NCBI GenBank assembly: GCA_945862145.1
Contig: CAMAXE010000005.1
Span: forward strand, 99,314-163,313
DNA from: Klebsiella pneumoniae
Lineage (GTDB): Bacteria > Pseudomonadota > Gammaproteobacteria > Pseudomonadales > UBA5518
DNA length: 64,000 bases
Direction: 5' to 3'
Shown piece after piece: positions 8,946 through 17,737 of this stretch. A program made the translations under genes and the position numbers. The notes under the pieces are model-generated. The model was not told the DNA's origin. It made no database searches and was given only the letters and a program-made list of their open reading frames with translations. The first letter of the stretch is position 1. Every line of letters starts with the position of its first letter.

Positions 8946-10099
8946 ACCCCGCGGTGATGCCGCGGATCCGCGGCGGCGGCGATATCCGCCACCGGATCAC
9001 CCTCGACCAGCAGCAGGTCCGCGGCATAGCCCTCACATAACCTGCCGCGATCGGCGAGTCCCAGCAGCTCCGCCGCCGCCGCGGTGGCAGCGTGCAGGGC
9101 CCGTGCGGGAGACATGCCGAGCGCCGTCATCTCGAGCAGTTCCTGAGCATTGCAGCCGTGGAAATTGAACGGTGTCCCGGCATCGGTGCCCATCGCGATG
9201 CGACCGCCCGCGGCGAGGAAACGGCGAAAGGACTCGCGCTGCATATCGCGGAAACGCAGGGATTTCTCGAGGAGATGGGCAGGCATCCGCCCCTCGGCGT
9301 TGTCCAGCGTGCGGGCAATGGCCGATAGCGTAGGCACCAGGAACACGCCACGGGCGACCATCAAGGCAGCCAGTTCGTCGGTGATCTGGAATCCGTGCTC
9401 GATGGAATCCACGCCCGCCTCGACCGCGTTCAGGATGCCGGGCGCGCCCTGCGCGTGAGCCGCGGAGCGGCGCCCGAGCCTGCGCGCTTCCTCCACAGCC
9501 GCCGTGAGTTCCTCGCGCGTGAGGTGGGCCGCGAGCGGGTCGAGGCCGGGCGTGGCCACTCCGCCGGTGGCGATCAGCTTCACCACGTCCGCGCCCCTTT
9601 TGATGTTCTGCCGCACGGCGCTGACGGCCGCAGCAGCGCCGTCGATCTCGATGCTGAGCAGGTAAGCGTGCCCACCGGTCATGGTGATGGATTTCCCGGC
9701 GCAGACCAGCGTGGGCCCGAGTTCACGTCCCTCGCGGAAGGCGTCCCGCACGGGCATCTCGGTGAACTCGAAACCACCGAGGTCGCGCAGGCTGGTGACG
9801 CCGCCACGCAGGCTCTGCCGGGCCGCCTGCAGCACCTGCAGGCTCGCCCGCTCGCGCGGCGTGGAGAGGATGGTGGCGAAGAAACCCGGATCGCTGCTGC
9901 TGCAGAGGTGGACGTGGCAGTCGATCAGACCGGGCATCAGGGTCGCGCCGGTGGTGTCGATGCGCGTGCAGGCCACACCCTCAAAAGCCGCAAGCGGCGC
10001 CACGCGCAGAATGCGTCCATGCTCGGCCAGCAAGCCAAGGCCCGCGTGGGGACCTGATTCGCCGTCGAACAACAACCCGCCGCCGAAAAGTGTCGCCAT
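8852..10099 (-). CDS. Metal-dependent amidohydrolase superfamily protein
   Basis: 'PGLIDCHVHL' HxH motif, then 'AAHAQG', 'SIEHG' and 'GTDAG' ligand regions typical of the imidazolonepropionase/Xaa-Pro-dipeptidase-like group. Confidence 0.85.
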   Translation of the reverse strand: MATLFGGGLLFDGESGPHAGLGLLAEHGRILRVAPLAAFEGVACTRIDTTGATLMPGLIDCHVHLCSSSDPGFFATILSTPRERASLQVLQAARQSLRGGVTSLRDLGGFEFTEMPVRDAFREGRELGPTLVCAGKSITMTGGHAYLLSIEIDGAAAAVSAVRQNIKRGADVVKLIATGGVATPGLDPLAAHLTREELTAAVEEARRLGRRSAAHAQGAPGILNAVEAGVDSIEHGFQITDELAALMVARGVFLVPTLSAIARTLDNAEGRMPAHLLEKSLRFRDMQRESFRRFLAAGGRIAMGTDAGTPFNFHGCNAQELLEMTALGMSPARALHAATAAAAELLGLADRGRLCEGYAADLLLVEGDPVADIAAAADPRHHRGVWKDGYDVHALLGRPGPVPGAPRFLAGEAPF

Positions 10100-10153
10100 G
10101 TACGTGCTCTCCCCGCTTGCATCGCCAGCATAGGGGAGCGCGGCGGCGGCCGC

Positions 10154-10179
10154 CCTATGCGATCCGGAAAATCGCTTAT
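10154..10179. promoter_or_regulatory. CCTATGCGAT-N7-ATCGCTTAT imperfect palindrome in the amidohydrolase/araC divergent region
   Basis: Read directly from the sequence. Same core (TATGCGAT) as the sites at 2055-2104 and 6888-6897. Confidence 0.3.
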
Positions 10180-10292
10180 TCGCCCCCGGCGCGCGTGCAA
10201 GGGGCCGTTTGACAGGCGCGCGGCACGGACGACATCATGCTTGGCCGTCGCGCAACCGCGGCGCCGCCCACAGGCAGACCGCCACTCAGCCG

Positions 10293-11327
10293 ATGAACGC
10301 CGAGCAAGAGCAAACCACGTCGCCGCAGCCGCTCTGCGTGGAACCGCGCTCGGTCTATTCCTACTACCACCTTGCGCCGCCACCTGAAGGCACCGAACCG
10401 CGGCAGAGCCTGCGTTTCGAGCCCAGCTTCGAGGGCGCCGAGGGCTTCCGCGAGCTGATCGAGCTGCGCCCGGGTTTTCAAGTCCTGCTCGGTGACCTGC
10501 ACTACGGCAGCAAGGTCGAGTTCAATCTGCGCGAGAACGCCAGCCTCAAGTTCCACTACCGGCTTTCGGGCGTGAGCGATATCCGCGTCAGCGAAGACGG
10601 ACTGATCCATATCGACGACCATACGGGTGGTGTGCTCCTGCACCCCGACGGCATCGTGAAGCAGGAGTCCTACCGCGCAGGGCAGCACGAGCGCTCGGTC
10701 ACGCTGATCTGCTCGGCCGCATTCCTTGCCGAACGGCTGGCCCGTCTGGGCGCACATCTGCCGGCGGCCATCGCGGCCTATATCGCCGGCGAACCGGCCA
10801 GGCACTACAGCCAGCACGTGCCCCTGCGGGCCGGGATGGCCAGCGCGGCGGCAGCGCTCTTCGGGCTGCCGGCCGCAAGCCCGATCCGGCCGCTGATGGT
10901 CGAGGCGCGGGCACTCGAACTGCTGGCGCTCAGCCTCGAATCCCTTGGTGGCGACGGCCTTGAGGTGGAACGCGCGGATCGGGGCCTCGGCAGCCGCGAC
11001 CTGCAGTGCCTGCAACAGGCACGCCGTATCCTCGAGCAGGAATACCTGTCGCCGCCGACCATCACCGCGCTGGCGCGTGCGGTGGGTATCAACGAAGCCA
11101 AACTGATGCACGCCTTCAAGCAGCTCTTCGGGCAGACGATCTTCGATTTCACCCAGTTGCTCCGGATGGACAAGGCCAAAGGCCTGCTCGAGACCACCGA
11201 CCTCAGCATCACCGAGATCGCTTTTGAGGTGGGCTACGAGTATTCCAGCAATTTCACCACGGCGTTCAAGCGTCACTTCGGCATCACGCCGAGCACCGCG
11301 CGCGATGCCCTGCGCCACAGCGGCTGA
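10293..11327 (+). CDS. AraC/XylS-family transcriptional regulator
   Basis: ORF 10209-11327. C-terminal double HTH 'ITALARAVGINEAKLMHAFKQLFG...ITEIAFEVGYEYSSNFTTAFKRHFGITP'. N-terminal sensor domain of about 240 aa. ATG 10293 chosen; TTG 10209 is the alternative. Confidence 0.85.
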   Translation: MNAEQEQTTSPQPLCVEPRSVYSYYHLAPPPEGTEPRQSLRFEPSFEGAEGFRELIELRPGFQVLLGDLHYGSKVEFNLRENASLKFHYRLSGVSDIRVSEDGLIHIDDHTGGVLLHPDGIVKQESYRAGQHERSVTLICSAAFLAERLARLGAHLPAAIAAYIAGEPARHYSQHVPLRAGMASAAAALFGLPAASPIRPLMVEARALELLALSLESLGGDGLEVERADRGLGSRDLQCLQQARRILEQEYLSPPTITALARAVGINEAKLMHAFKQLFGQTIFDFTQLLRMDKAKGLLETTDLSITEIAFEVGYEYSSNFTTAFKRHFGITPSTARDALRHSG

Positions 11328-11388
11328 GGCGGAATCGCAAAGCAGTTTTTTTCTTTTCAATAAGCCCCGCCATCCGGCCGCTGCTAGC

Positions 11389-11415
11389 CTGCGGATCGCG
11401 ATGCGGGATCCGCAG
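11389..11415. promoter_or_regulatory. 9-bp perfect inverted repeat CTGCGGATC-N9-GATCCGCAG upstream of the operon
   Basis: Read directly. Lies 30 nt upstream of the GTG at 11445 and downstream of a T7-C-T4 run (11346-11357). Could be an operator or an RNA hairpin. Confidence 0.3.
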
Positions 11416-11444
11416 CAACCTGCATCAACGAGGAGTTCCGAACC

Positions 11445-12440
11445 GTGACAGACAATATCCGGGCAATCGTGGCACGCGAGGTCGAGGGCCGCACACGCGG
11501 CAGCGTCGAGGAGATCGACGCGCTCTCGCTGCCCGCCGGCGACGTGGTGGTCGACATCGCCTGCTCCACCCTGAATTACAAGGACGGCCTCGCCATCACC
11601 GGCAAGGGCAAGATCTGCCGCAGCCTGCCCATGGTCTGCGGCATCGACCTCGCGGGCACCGTGCGCGAGAGCCGCAGCCCGGACTGGCAGATCGGCGATC
11701 GCGTGCTGGTGAATGGCTTCGGGCTCTCGGAGCGTTACTGGGGCGGGCTCGCGCAACGTGCGAGCCTGCAGGCGGGTTGGCTGGTGCGCACGCCGGCGGC
11801 CTTCAGCGCCGAGCAGGCCATGGCCCTCGGTACCGCCGGCTACACCGCCATGCTCTGCGTGCAGGCCATCACCGACCACGGCGTCAGTCCCGAGGCCGGC
11901 CCCGTGCTGGTAACGGGCGCAGCCGGTGGCGTGGGCTCCGTCGCCGTGATGCTGCTCTCGGCATTGGGTTACCGCGTGACCGCCGCTACGGGACGGGTTG
12001 AGGAAACCGGGGAATTTCTGCGCGGCCTGGGCGCTGCGGAGTTGATCGGGCGCGAACAACTCGCCCGTGATGCCAAGCCACTCGAAGCCGAGACCTGGGC
12101 TGCAGTGGTCGATACCGTGGGCGACAAGGTGCTGGCCACGGCCATCGCCCAGACGCGCTATGAGGGCATCGTGGCCGCGTGCGGCCTGGCCGGAGGCGTC
12201 GGCCTGCCACTCACCGTGATGCCCTTCATCCTGCGCGGCGTGACGCTGCGGGGCATCGATTCCGTGATGGCCTCGCTGCCGCGGCGCCAGCAAGCGTGGG
12301 ACCGGCTCGCCGAACTCGTCGATCCCGCCATGCTGGCGCGCATTTACCGCGTGGAGCCATTGGCGAAGGCCCCTGAACTCGCTGCGGAACTGTTGGCCGG
12401 ACGAGTGCAGGGCCGCATCGTCATCGACGTGAACGCCTGA
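11445..12440 (+). CDS. YhdH/AcuI-type NADPH-dependent MDR oxidoreductase (acrylyl-CoA reductase-like)
   Basis: 'STLNYKDGLAITGKG' and 'VLVTGAAGGVGS' motifs of the YhdH/YhfP subgroup. GTG start with GAGGAG 9 nt upstream. Confidence 0.85.
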   Translation: MTDNIRAIVAREVEGRTRGSVEEIDALSLPAGDVVVDIACSTLNYKDGLAITGKGKICRSLPMVCGIDLAGTVRESRSPDWQIGDRVLVNGFGLSERYWGGLAQRASLQAGWLVRTPAAFSAEQAMALGTAGYTAMLCVQAITDHGVSPEAGPVLVTGAAGGVGSVAVMLLSALGYRVTAATGRVEETGEFLRGLGAAELIGREQLARDAKPLEAETWAAVVDTVGDKVLATAIAQTRYEGIVAACGLAGGVGLPLTVMPFILRGVTLRGIDSVMASLPRRQQAWDRLAELVDPAMLARIYRVEPLAKAPELAAELLAGRVQGRIVIDVNA

Positions 12441-12450
12441 GGAGGCAGCG

Positions 12451-13998
12451 GTGCCGGAACCCATGCCAATGCGACAGGCTCCCGTCGGGCTGGTGAGCGG
12501 CAACCGCCTGCTTGACCACGCCCGGCTGGGCGCCAATGCACGACGCGCTGCCACCGCGCTGCATCGCGCCGGCATCTGGCAGGGCGATTCCGTGGCGCTG
12601 CTACTGCGCAATGATTTTCCCTGGTTTGAAGCCACTCAGGCGGCCAGCATGCTAGGCGCCTCCACGGTGCCCCTCAACTGGCACCTCACACCGGATGAAC
12701 TCGCCTACATCCTCGACGACTGCGACGCCCGCGCGGTAGTCGCGCACGCTGACCTCCTCACGGAAGCCGTACTCGCCGTGTGCTCGGGCCGCGAGGTGAT
12801 AGCGGTGGAGACACCACCCGAGGTTGCTGCGGCGTATCGCATACCGCCGGAGCGCTGCCGCGCGCCGGGTGCAGTACCGGAGTGGTCTGGCTGGATCGCA
12901 GCGCATGAGGAGTGGAGCGTGGCGCCGCCCGTGATGGCGCAACCCCTGTTCTACACCTCCGGCACCACGGGACGCCCCAAGGGCGTGCGACGCAAATCGG
13001 TAGCCCCCGAGGTTGCCATGACGGCGGTGCGTCGCGGCGCGCTCGCCTTCGGTCTTGAGGGCGAGGATCTGCGCGCGGTGATGACCGGCCCGCTCTACCA
13101 CTCCGCTCCCAACTCCTACGCAATGCGCGTCGTGGCACTGGGCGGCACGCTGGTGCTGCAGCCGCGCTTCGATGCCGCCGAGCTGCTCGCCCTGATCGAG
13201 CGCTGGGGCATCACGCACCTGCATATGGTGCCGACGATGTTCGTGCGGCTACTCGCGCTGCCCCCGGCACTGCGCGCGCAGTACGACATCTCCAGCCTGC
13301 GCTTCGTCTGCCACGGCTCGGCACCCTGTCCGCCCGACATCAAGCGGCAGATGATCGCGTGGTGGGGGCCGGTGATCCACGAGTACTACGCGATGACCGA
13401 GACGGGGATCATCAGCGTCTCCGACAGTGCCGGCTGGACCGCGCATCCGGGCAGCGTGGGGCACGCGGCACCGGGGGTGAAAATCCGCATCATCGCGGAA
13501 GACGCCAGCAGCTGCGCCGAAGGCGTGGCAGGCGAGATACAGGTGAGCTCGGAGACCACCCCGTACTTCGCCTACCACCACGCCGAGGAAAAAACCGCCG
13601 CGGCCCGCGAGGGCGATTTCGTGCGCACCGGCGACATCGGCTACCTGGACGCTGATGGCTACCTTTACATCAGCGACCGCAAATCCGACATGGTCATCTC
13701 GGGCGGCGTGAACATCTATCCCGCCGAGGTGGAACACGAGCTCGTGAATCTCGAGGGCGTGCGCGACTGCGCCGTCTTCGGCATCCCGGACGCCGAGTAC
13801 GGCGAGCGCCTGGTGGCGGTGGTGGAATCCGAATCTGACCTGAGCACCGAGTCGCTGGTGAGCGCGCTGCGCCACCACGTGGCGGGCTACAAGGTGCCGC
13901 GTGAATTCCGCTTCGTGCGGCGGCTCCCGCGGGAAGACTCCGGCAAGATCAAGAAACGCCTGCTGCGCGCCGACTGGCTCGCCGCCCACATCGCGTGA
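12451..13998 (+). CDS. AMP-dependent acyl-CoA synthetase/ligase
   Basis: 'LFYTSGTTGRPKGV' AMP-binding loop, 'TGDIGYLDADGYLYISDRKSDMVISGGVNIYP', C-terminal 'GKIKKRLL'. GTG start 5 nt after AGGAGG. Confidence 0.9.
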   Translation: MPEPMPMRQAPVGLVSGNRLLDHARLGANARRAATALHRAGIWQGDSVALLLRNDFPWFEATQAASMLGASTVPLNWHLTPDELAYILDDCDARAVVAHADLLTEAVLAVCSGREVIAVETPPEVAAAYRIPPERCRAPGAVPEWSGWIAAHEEWSVAPPVMAQPLFYTSGTTGRPKGVRRKSVAPEVAMTAVRRGALAFGLEGEDLRAVMTGPLYHSAPNSYAMRVVALGGTLVLQPRFDAAELLALIERWGITHLHMVPTMFVRLLALPPALRAQYDISSLRFVCHGSAPCPPDIKRQMIAWWGPVIHEYYAMTETGIISVSDSAGWTAHPGSVGHAAPGVKIRIIAEDASSCAEGVAGEIQVSSETTPYFAYHHAEEKTAAAREGDFVRTGDIGYLDADGYLYISDRKSDMVISGGVNIYPAEVEHELVNLEGVRDCAVFGIPDAEYGERLVAVVESESDLSTESLVSALRHHVAGYKVPREFRFVRRLPREDSGKIKKRLLRADWLAAHIA

Positions 13999-15200
13999 CG
14001 CGAAAGACCATGCCCGGCATAGCGATCATTGGCGCGGCTGCAACACCCGTAGGACGCCTCGCACCGCGCGCCGGCGCCATGGCCGAGGGCTTCGATCACG
14101 ACGTGCTCGGCGCCGTGGCGCTGCAAGCCATGAGCGAGGCCGGCATCACGCCGCGTGACATCGACAGCGCGGTCTTCACCGCGCCACCACCGACCACCCG
14201 CCAGCTCGGCTTCGGCAGTTTCATGGCTGCGCAACTGGGCCTGCGCCTGCGCGGCCAGCTCGCGGAAGTGCAGGAAATGGGCATCACCGGCGGCCTCGCT
14301 TTCGACCAGGCGGCGGCGGACGTGATGCTGGGCCGCGCGGATTTCGCACTGGCCTTGGGCGTTGCCATCCAGAGTGGCGCCGACAGCGGCATGGCCATGG
14401 ACCACTCGGTACGCGTGGTCGGTGACGTCGACTTCCAGTCGCCGTTCGGTCTCACGCCCATCGCCTGGTACGCCTTCGACGCCGCACGCTACATGCATGA
14501 GACGGGCGCCACGCGTGCCGATATCGCGCATGTCGCGTTGAAGAGCCGCGGCTTCGCCAGACACAACCCGCTCGCCCAGTTCCGCGAGCCACTCGGCCTA
14601 GACGAAGTCCTGCGACAACCGATGGTGGTGGAGCCGTTGGGTCGACTCGAGGTGCCCGCGCGTGCCGACGGCGCGATCTGCCTGGTGCTGTGCTCACCGG
14701 AACGGGCGCGCGCACTCGGTGTGCCGGCCGTCGAGGTCACGGGGCGCGGATTTGCCAGCGATGGCCACCACCAGATGGGCGATCACCACCACGACATCAC
14801 GGCGTTCCCCGCTGCACATGGTGCGGCAGCAGCAGCACTCACCGAGGCACGCTGCTCGATAAAAGACATTGATATCGCCGAACTCTACGCACCCTGCACC
14901 ATCACCGAGGTGCTGGTGAGCGAGGCGCTCGGCATGTTTCCGCGCGGGCATGGCGCCGCAGCCGCGCGCGAGGGGCGCACCGGCCCCGGTGGCGACCGGC
15001 CGCTGAACACCTCGGGCGGCTGCCTCGCCCGCGGCCATCCGCCCTCACTCACCGCGCTGTACGGTTTGCTGGAGCTGCGCGAGCAATTGCTCGGCAGGGC
15101 GGGAGCGCGCCAGTTGCAGGGCGCACGTCGCGGCCTGCACATCTGCGAACTGGGTAATTACAACGCGGCTCTGGCGCACGTGCTGGAGCGACTCGCATGA
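13995..15200 (+). CDS. Thiolase-like protein, SCP-x/Ltp type
   Basis: Thiolase-fold protein with 'IAIIGAAATPVGR' N-terminus and C-terminal 'NTSGGCLARGHP'. Overlaps both neighbours by 4 nt. ATG 14010 is an alternative start. Confidence 0.8.
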   Translation: MTRKTMPGIAIIGAAATPVGRLAPRAGAMAEGFDHDVLGAVALQAMSEAGITPRDIDSAVFTAPPPTTRQLGFGSFMAAQLGLRLRGQLAEVQEMGITGGLAFDQAAADVMLGRADFALALGVAIQSGADSGMAMDHSVRVVGDVDFQSPFGLTPIAWYAFDAARYMHETGATRADIAHVALKSRGFARHNPLAQFREPLGLDEVLRQPMVVEPLGRLEVPARADGAICLVLCSPERARALGVPAVEVTGRGFASDGHHQMGDHHHDITAFPAAHGAAAAALTEARCSIKDIDIAELYAPCTITEVLVSEALGMFPRGHGAAAAREGRTGPGGDRPLNTSGGCLARGHPPSLTALYGLLELREQLLGRAGARQLQGARRGLHICELGNYNAALAHVLERLA

Positions 15201-15628
15201 GCCTGCCACAGGTAGTGCTCCCGGGCCGGCGCGGCATACCGCCACGCGTGAACACCTTCACCGCGCGGTTCTGGAGCGCACTCGAAGACGGCGCATTGCC
15301 GGGCACCCGCTGCAACGCCTGCGCGCATCTCACATTCCCGCCGCGCCGCATCTGCATTGCCTGCGGCGCGCAGGATCCGGAGTGGATCGAGCTTTCAGGC
15401 GCAGGCACGTTGTATTCGGCCACGGTGATCCACGCCGGACCCTCTCTCTACTGGGCGGGCGGGCCTTACACCGTCGGGATCATCGATCTCGCCGAGGGGC
15501 CGCGCCTGGTGACGCGCGTGCTGGGCGCATTGCCCCCACCGATCGGCAGCCCGATGCAGATGGTCGTGACGCGCCACGACGACGGCTGCCTATTCGCGGC
15601 CACGCTGGCCGCAGCCGCAGACAATTGA
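15197..15628 (+). CDS. DUF35 OB-fold/Zn-ribbon protein (partner of the thiolase-like protein)
   Basis: 'CNACAHLTFPPRRICIACG' CxxC...CxxC ribbon followed by an OB-fold-like region. ATGA overlap with the thiolase-like gene. Confidence 0.8.
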   Translation: MSLPQVVLPGRRGIPPRVNTFTARFWSALEDGALPGTRCNACAHLTFPPRRICIACGAQDPEWIELSGAGTLYSATVIHAGPSLYWAGGPYTVGIIDLAEGPRLVTRVLGALPPPIGSPMQMVVTRHDDGCLFAATLAAAADN

Positions 15629-15642
15629 GGAGAGGACATTCC

Positions 15643-16731
15643 ATGGAGATCGCGGTACTCGGTGGAGGCCACGGCTGCTACGCCGCCGCGGCAGAACTCT
15701 CGGAGGCGGGGCATCGCGTACGGCTCTGGCGCCGCGACCAGGAAGCCTTCGCGCCCGTGCTCGCCGCACGCGCCATCAGCGTGAAGGATTTCGCGGGCGA
15801 GCGTGACGTGCCGATCGCCCTGCCGACCTGCTCGCTGAAGGAGGCCGCGGAAGGCGCCGCACTCATCGTGATCCCGCTTCCCGCCACAACCCACGAATCG
15901 CTCGCCGCGGCCCTGGCGCCCCTGCTGGCCGACGGGCAGGTGGTATTCCTGCCCCCGGGAACTTTTGGCGGCTTCCTGATGGCCAGTGCGATGCACGCAG
16001 CGGGCAACCGCGCCGATGTCTCCTTCGCCGAGACCGGCACCCTGCCCTACCTCGCCCGCAAGCACGGGCCGCGTCACGTGGTGATCAGTGGTTTCGGCAA
16101 GCGGCTGCCCACCGGCGTGTTCCCGCTGCGTAACGCCGCGCACGCACTCGGGGTCATCCGTATGGCCTACCCCGCGGTGGAAGACTGCGGCGACCTGCTA
16201 TCCGGTGCGCTGATGAATGCGGGCCCCATCATCCACCCGCCGCTCATCGTGATGAACGCGGGCCCCCTGGAGCACTTCCCCTCGTGGGACATCCACAACG
16301 AGGGCACCCAGCCGGCGATCCGTCGCGTCACGGACGCACTTGATGCCGAGCGCATCGCGGTGCGCGAGGCACTGGGCTACGGAGCGCCGCACTTTCCGCT
16401 GAAAGACCACTACGCCAAAGAGGGCGAGGAGTGGATGTATGGTCGCGGCGCCCACGACAAGCTCACCGACAGCGGTGACTGGCGCGAGAACATCGTGCTC
16501 ACCGAGCACCGCTACATGCTGGAAGACACGCGCCTGAGCCTGTCATTCATCAGCTCCGTCGGCCGCTGGGCCGGCGTTCCGACACCACTGTGCGACGGCT
16601 TTCTCGCCATCGGCGCGGCCATCACCGGCCGTGACTTCCGCGCCGAGGGTCGCACGCTGGAAAAGCTCGGCCTGCACACACTGACGCGGGCGTCCATGCG
16701 GGAACTGCTCGCCACGGGGCTGCGCGCATGA
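15643..16731 (+). CDS. NAD(P)-dependent octopine/nopaline (opine) dehydrogenase-family protein
   Basis: ORF 15382-16731. ATG 15643 is preceded by GAGGAGAGG. Rossmann 'IAVLGGGHGCYAAAAELSEAGHRV'. The rest is collinear with opine-dehydrogenase-family proteins. Confidence 0.8.
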   Translation: MEIAVLGGGHGCYAAAAELSEAGHRVRLWRRDQEAFAPVLAARAISVKDFAGERDVPIALPTCSLKEAAEGAALIVIPLPATTHESLAAALAPLLADGQVVFLPPGTFGGFLMASAMHAAGNRADVSFAETGTLPYLARKHGPRHVVISGFGKRLPTGVFPLRNAAHALGVIRMAYPAVEDCGDLLSGALMNAGPIIHPPLIVMNAGPLEHFPSWDIHNEGTQPAIRRVTDALDAERIAVREALGYGAPHFPLKDHYAKEGEEWMYGRGAHDKLTDSGDWRENIVLTEHRYMLEDTRLSLSFISSVGRWAGVPTPLCDGFLAIGAAITGRDFRAEGRTLEKLGLHTLTRASMRELLATGLRA

Positions 16732-17720
16732 GCAGCATCGATTGCGTTGCCTCCGTAGGTGCGGGACGCATGGGCCGCGGGATCGCGCTCAGCTTCGCCT
16801 TCGCGGGGCTGCCGGTACGGCTGATCGATCTCAAGCAACGCGCAGCCGACGAGGCAGAACGGCTCTTCGCCGAGGCGCATGCGGAATTGCGCGCAGACCT
16901 CGCGCTGATGCAGCGCCTCGGCCTGCTGGATGCCACACAGGCAGCGCGCGTGGAAGCGCTGGTCGAGTACGTGGGGCATGAGGGCGCAGCCGCCGCGCTG
17001 CAGGCACCGCTGATTTTCGAGGGCGTGCCCGAGCGGATGGACGCCAAGCGCGAGTGCCTCGCCTTCATCGGGGCTCACGCACCCGCGGACGCGATCGTCG
17101 CCTCCACCACCTCCACGTTCCTCGTCACGGAGCTCGCCGGCCTGCTCCCCGGACCCGAGCGATTCCTGAACGCGCACTGGCTGAACCCCGCGCACCTGAT
17201 GCCGCTGGTCGAGATCAGCCGCTCGGCGCTCACGGCAGACGCTGTGGTGGAACGCCTGGCAGATACCTTGCGCGCCATGGGCAAGGTGCCCGTGGTCTGC
17301 GGCCCGGCGCCGGGCTACATCGTGCCCCGCATACAGGCCCTCGCCATGAACGAGGCCGCGCGCATCGTCGAAGAGGGCATCGCCACGGCGGAGGCCGTCG
17401 ACCTCGCAGTGCGCACCGGTTTCGGTCTGCGCTTTGCGGTACTCGGCTTGCTCGAGTTCATCGACTGGGGCGGCGGCGATATCCTCTACTACGCCTCGCG
17501 CTACCTCAGCACCGAACTCGGCGATCGCTACCGCGCACCGGAGATTGTCGAGCGCAACATGCACGAGGGACGCAACGGCCTGCGCGATGGTGCCGGTTTT
17601 TACGACTGGCAGGGTCGTGATGTCGCGGCTTACCGCGAAAAGCGCCTCGGCGACTTCAGCCGCATGCTCACCCATGCAGGCTTGCTGCCGCAGCCGGGCG
17701 CGGCACGCGCACTCGACTGA
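16728..17720 (+). CDS. 3-hydroxyacyl-CoA dehydrogenase family protein
   Basis: 'VASVGAGRMGRGIA' Rossmann, 'HWLNPAHLMPLVEI' and 'PGYIVPRI' family motifs. ATGA overlap with the preceding gene. Confidence 0.85.
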   Translation: MSSIDCVASVGAGRMGRGIALSFAFAGLPVRLIDLKQRAADEAERLFAEAHAELRADLALMQRLGLLDATQAARVEALVEYVGHEGAAAALQAPLIFEGVPERMDAKRECLAFIGAHAPADAIVASTTSTFLVTELAGLLPGPERFLNAHWLNPAHLMPLVEISRSALTADAVVERLADTLRAMGKVPVVCGPAPGYIVPRIQALAMNEAARIVEEGIATAEAVDLAVRTGFGLRFAVLGLLEFIDWGGGDILYYASRYLSTELGDRYRAPEIVERNMHEGRNGLRDGAGFYDWQGRDVAAYREKRLGDFSRMLTHAGLLPQPGAARALD

Positions 17721-17737
17721 GCAAGAGGAAAAGCATC

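Noticed and set aside
10176-12635. 819-aa minus-strand ORF, the longest ORF in this part of the track
   Set aside because: It is antisense to the AraC regulator and the YhdH/AcuI-type gene, both of which carry clear family motifs. Its product is Arg/Ala/Gly/His-rich with no recognisable domain, typical of a stop-free complementary frame in GC-rich DNA.
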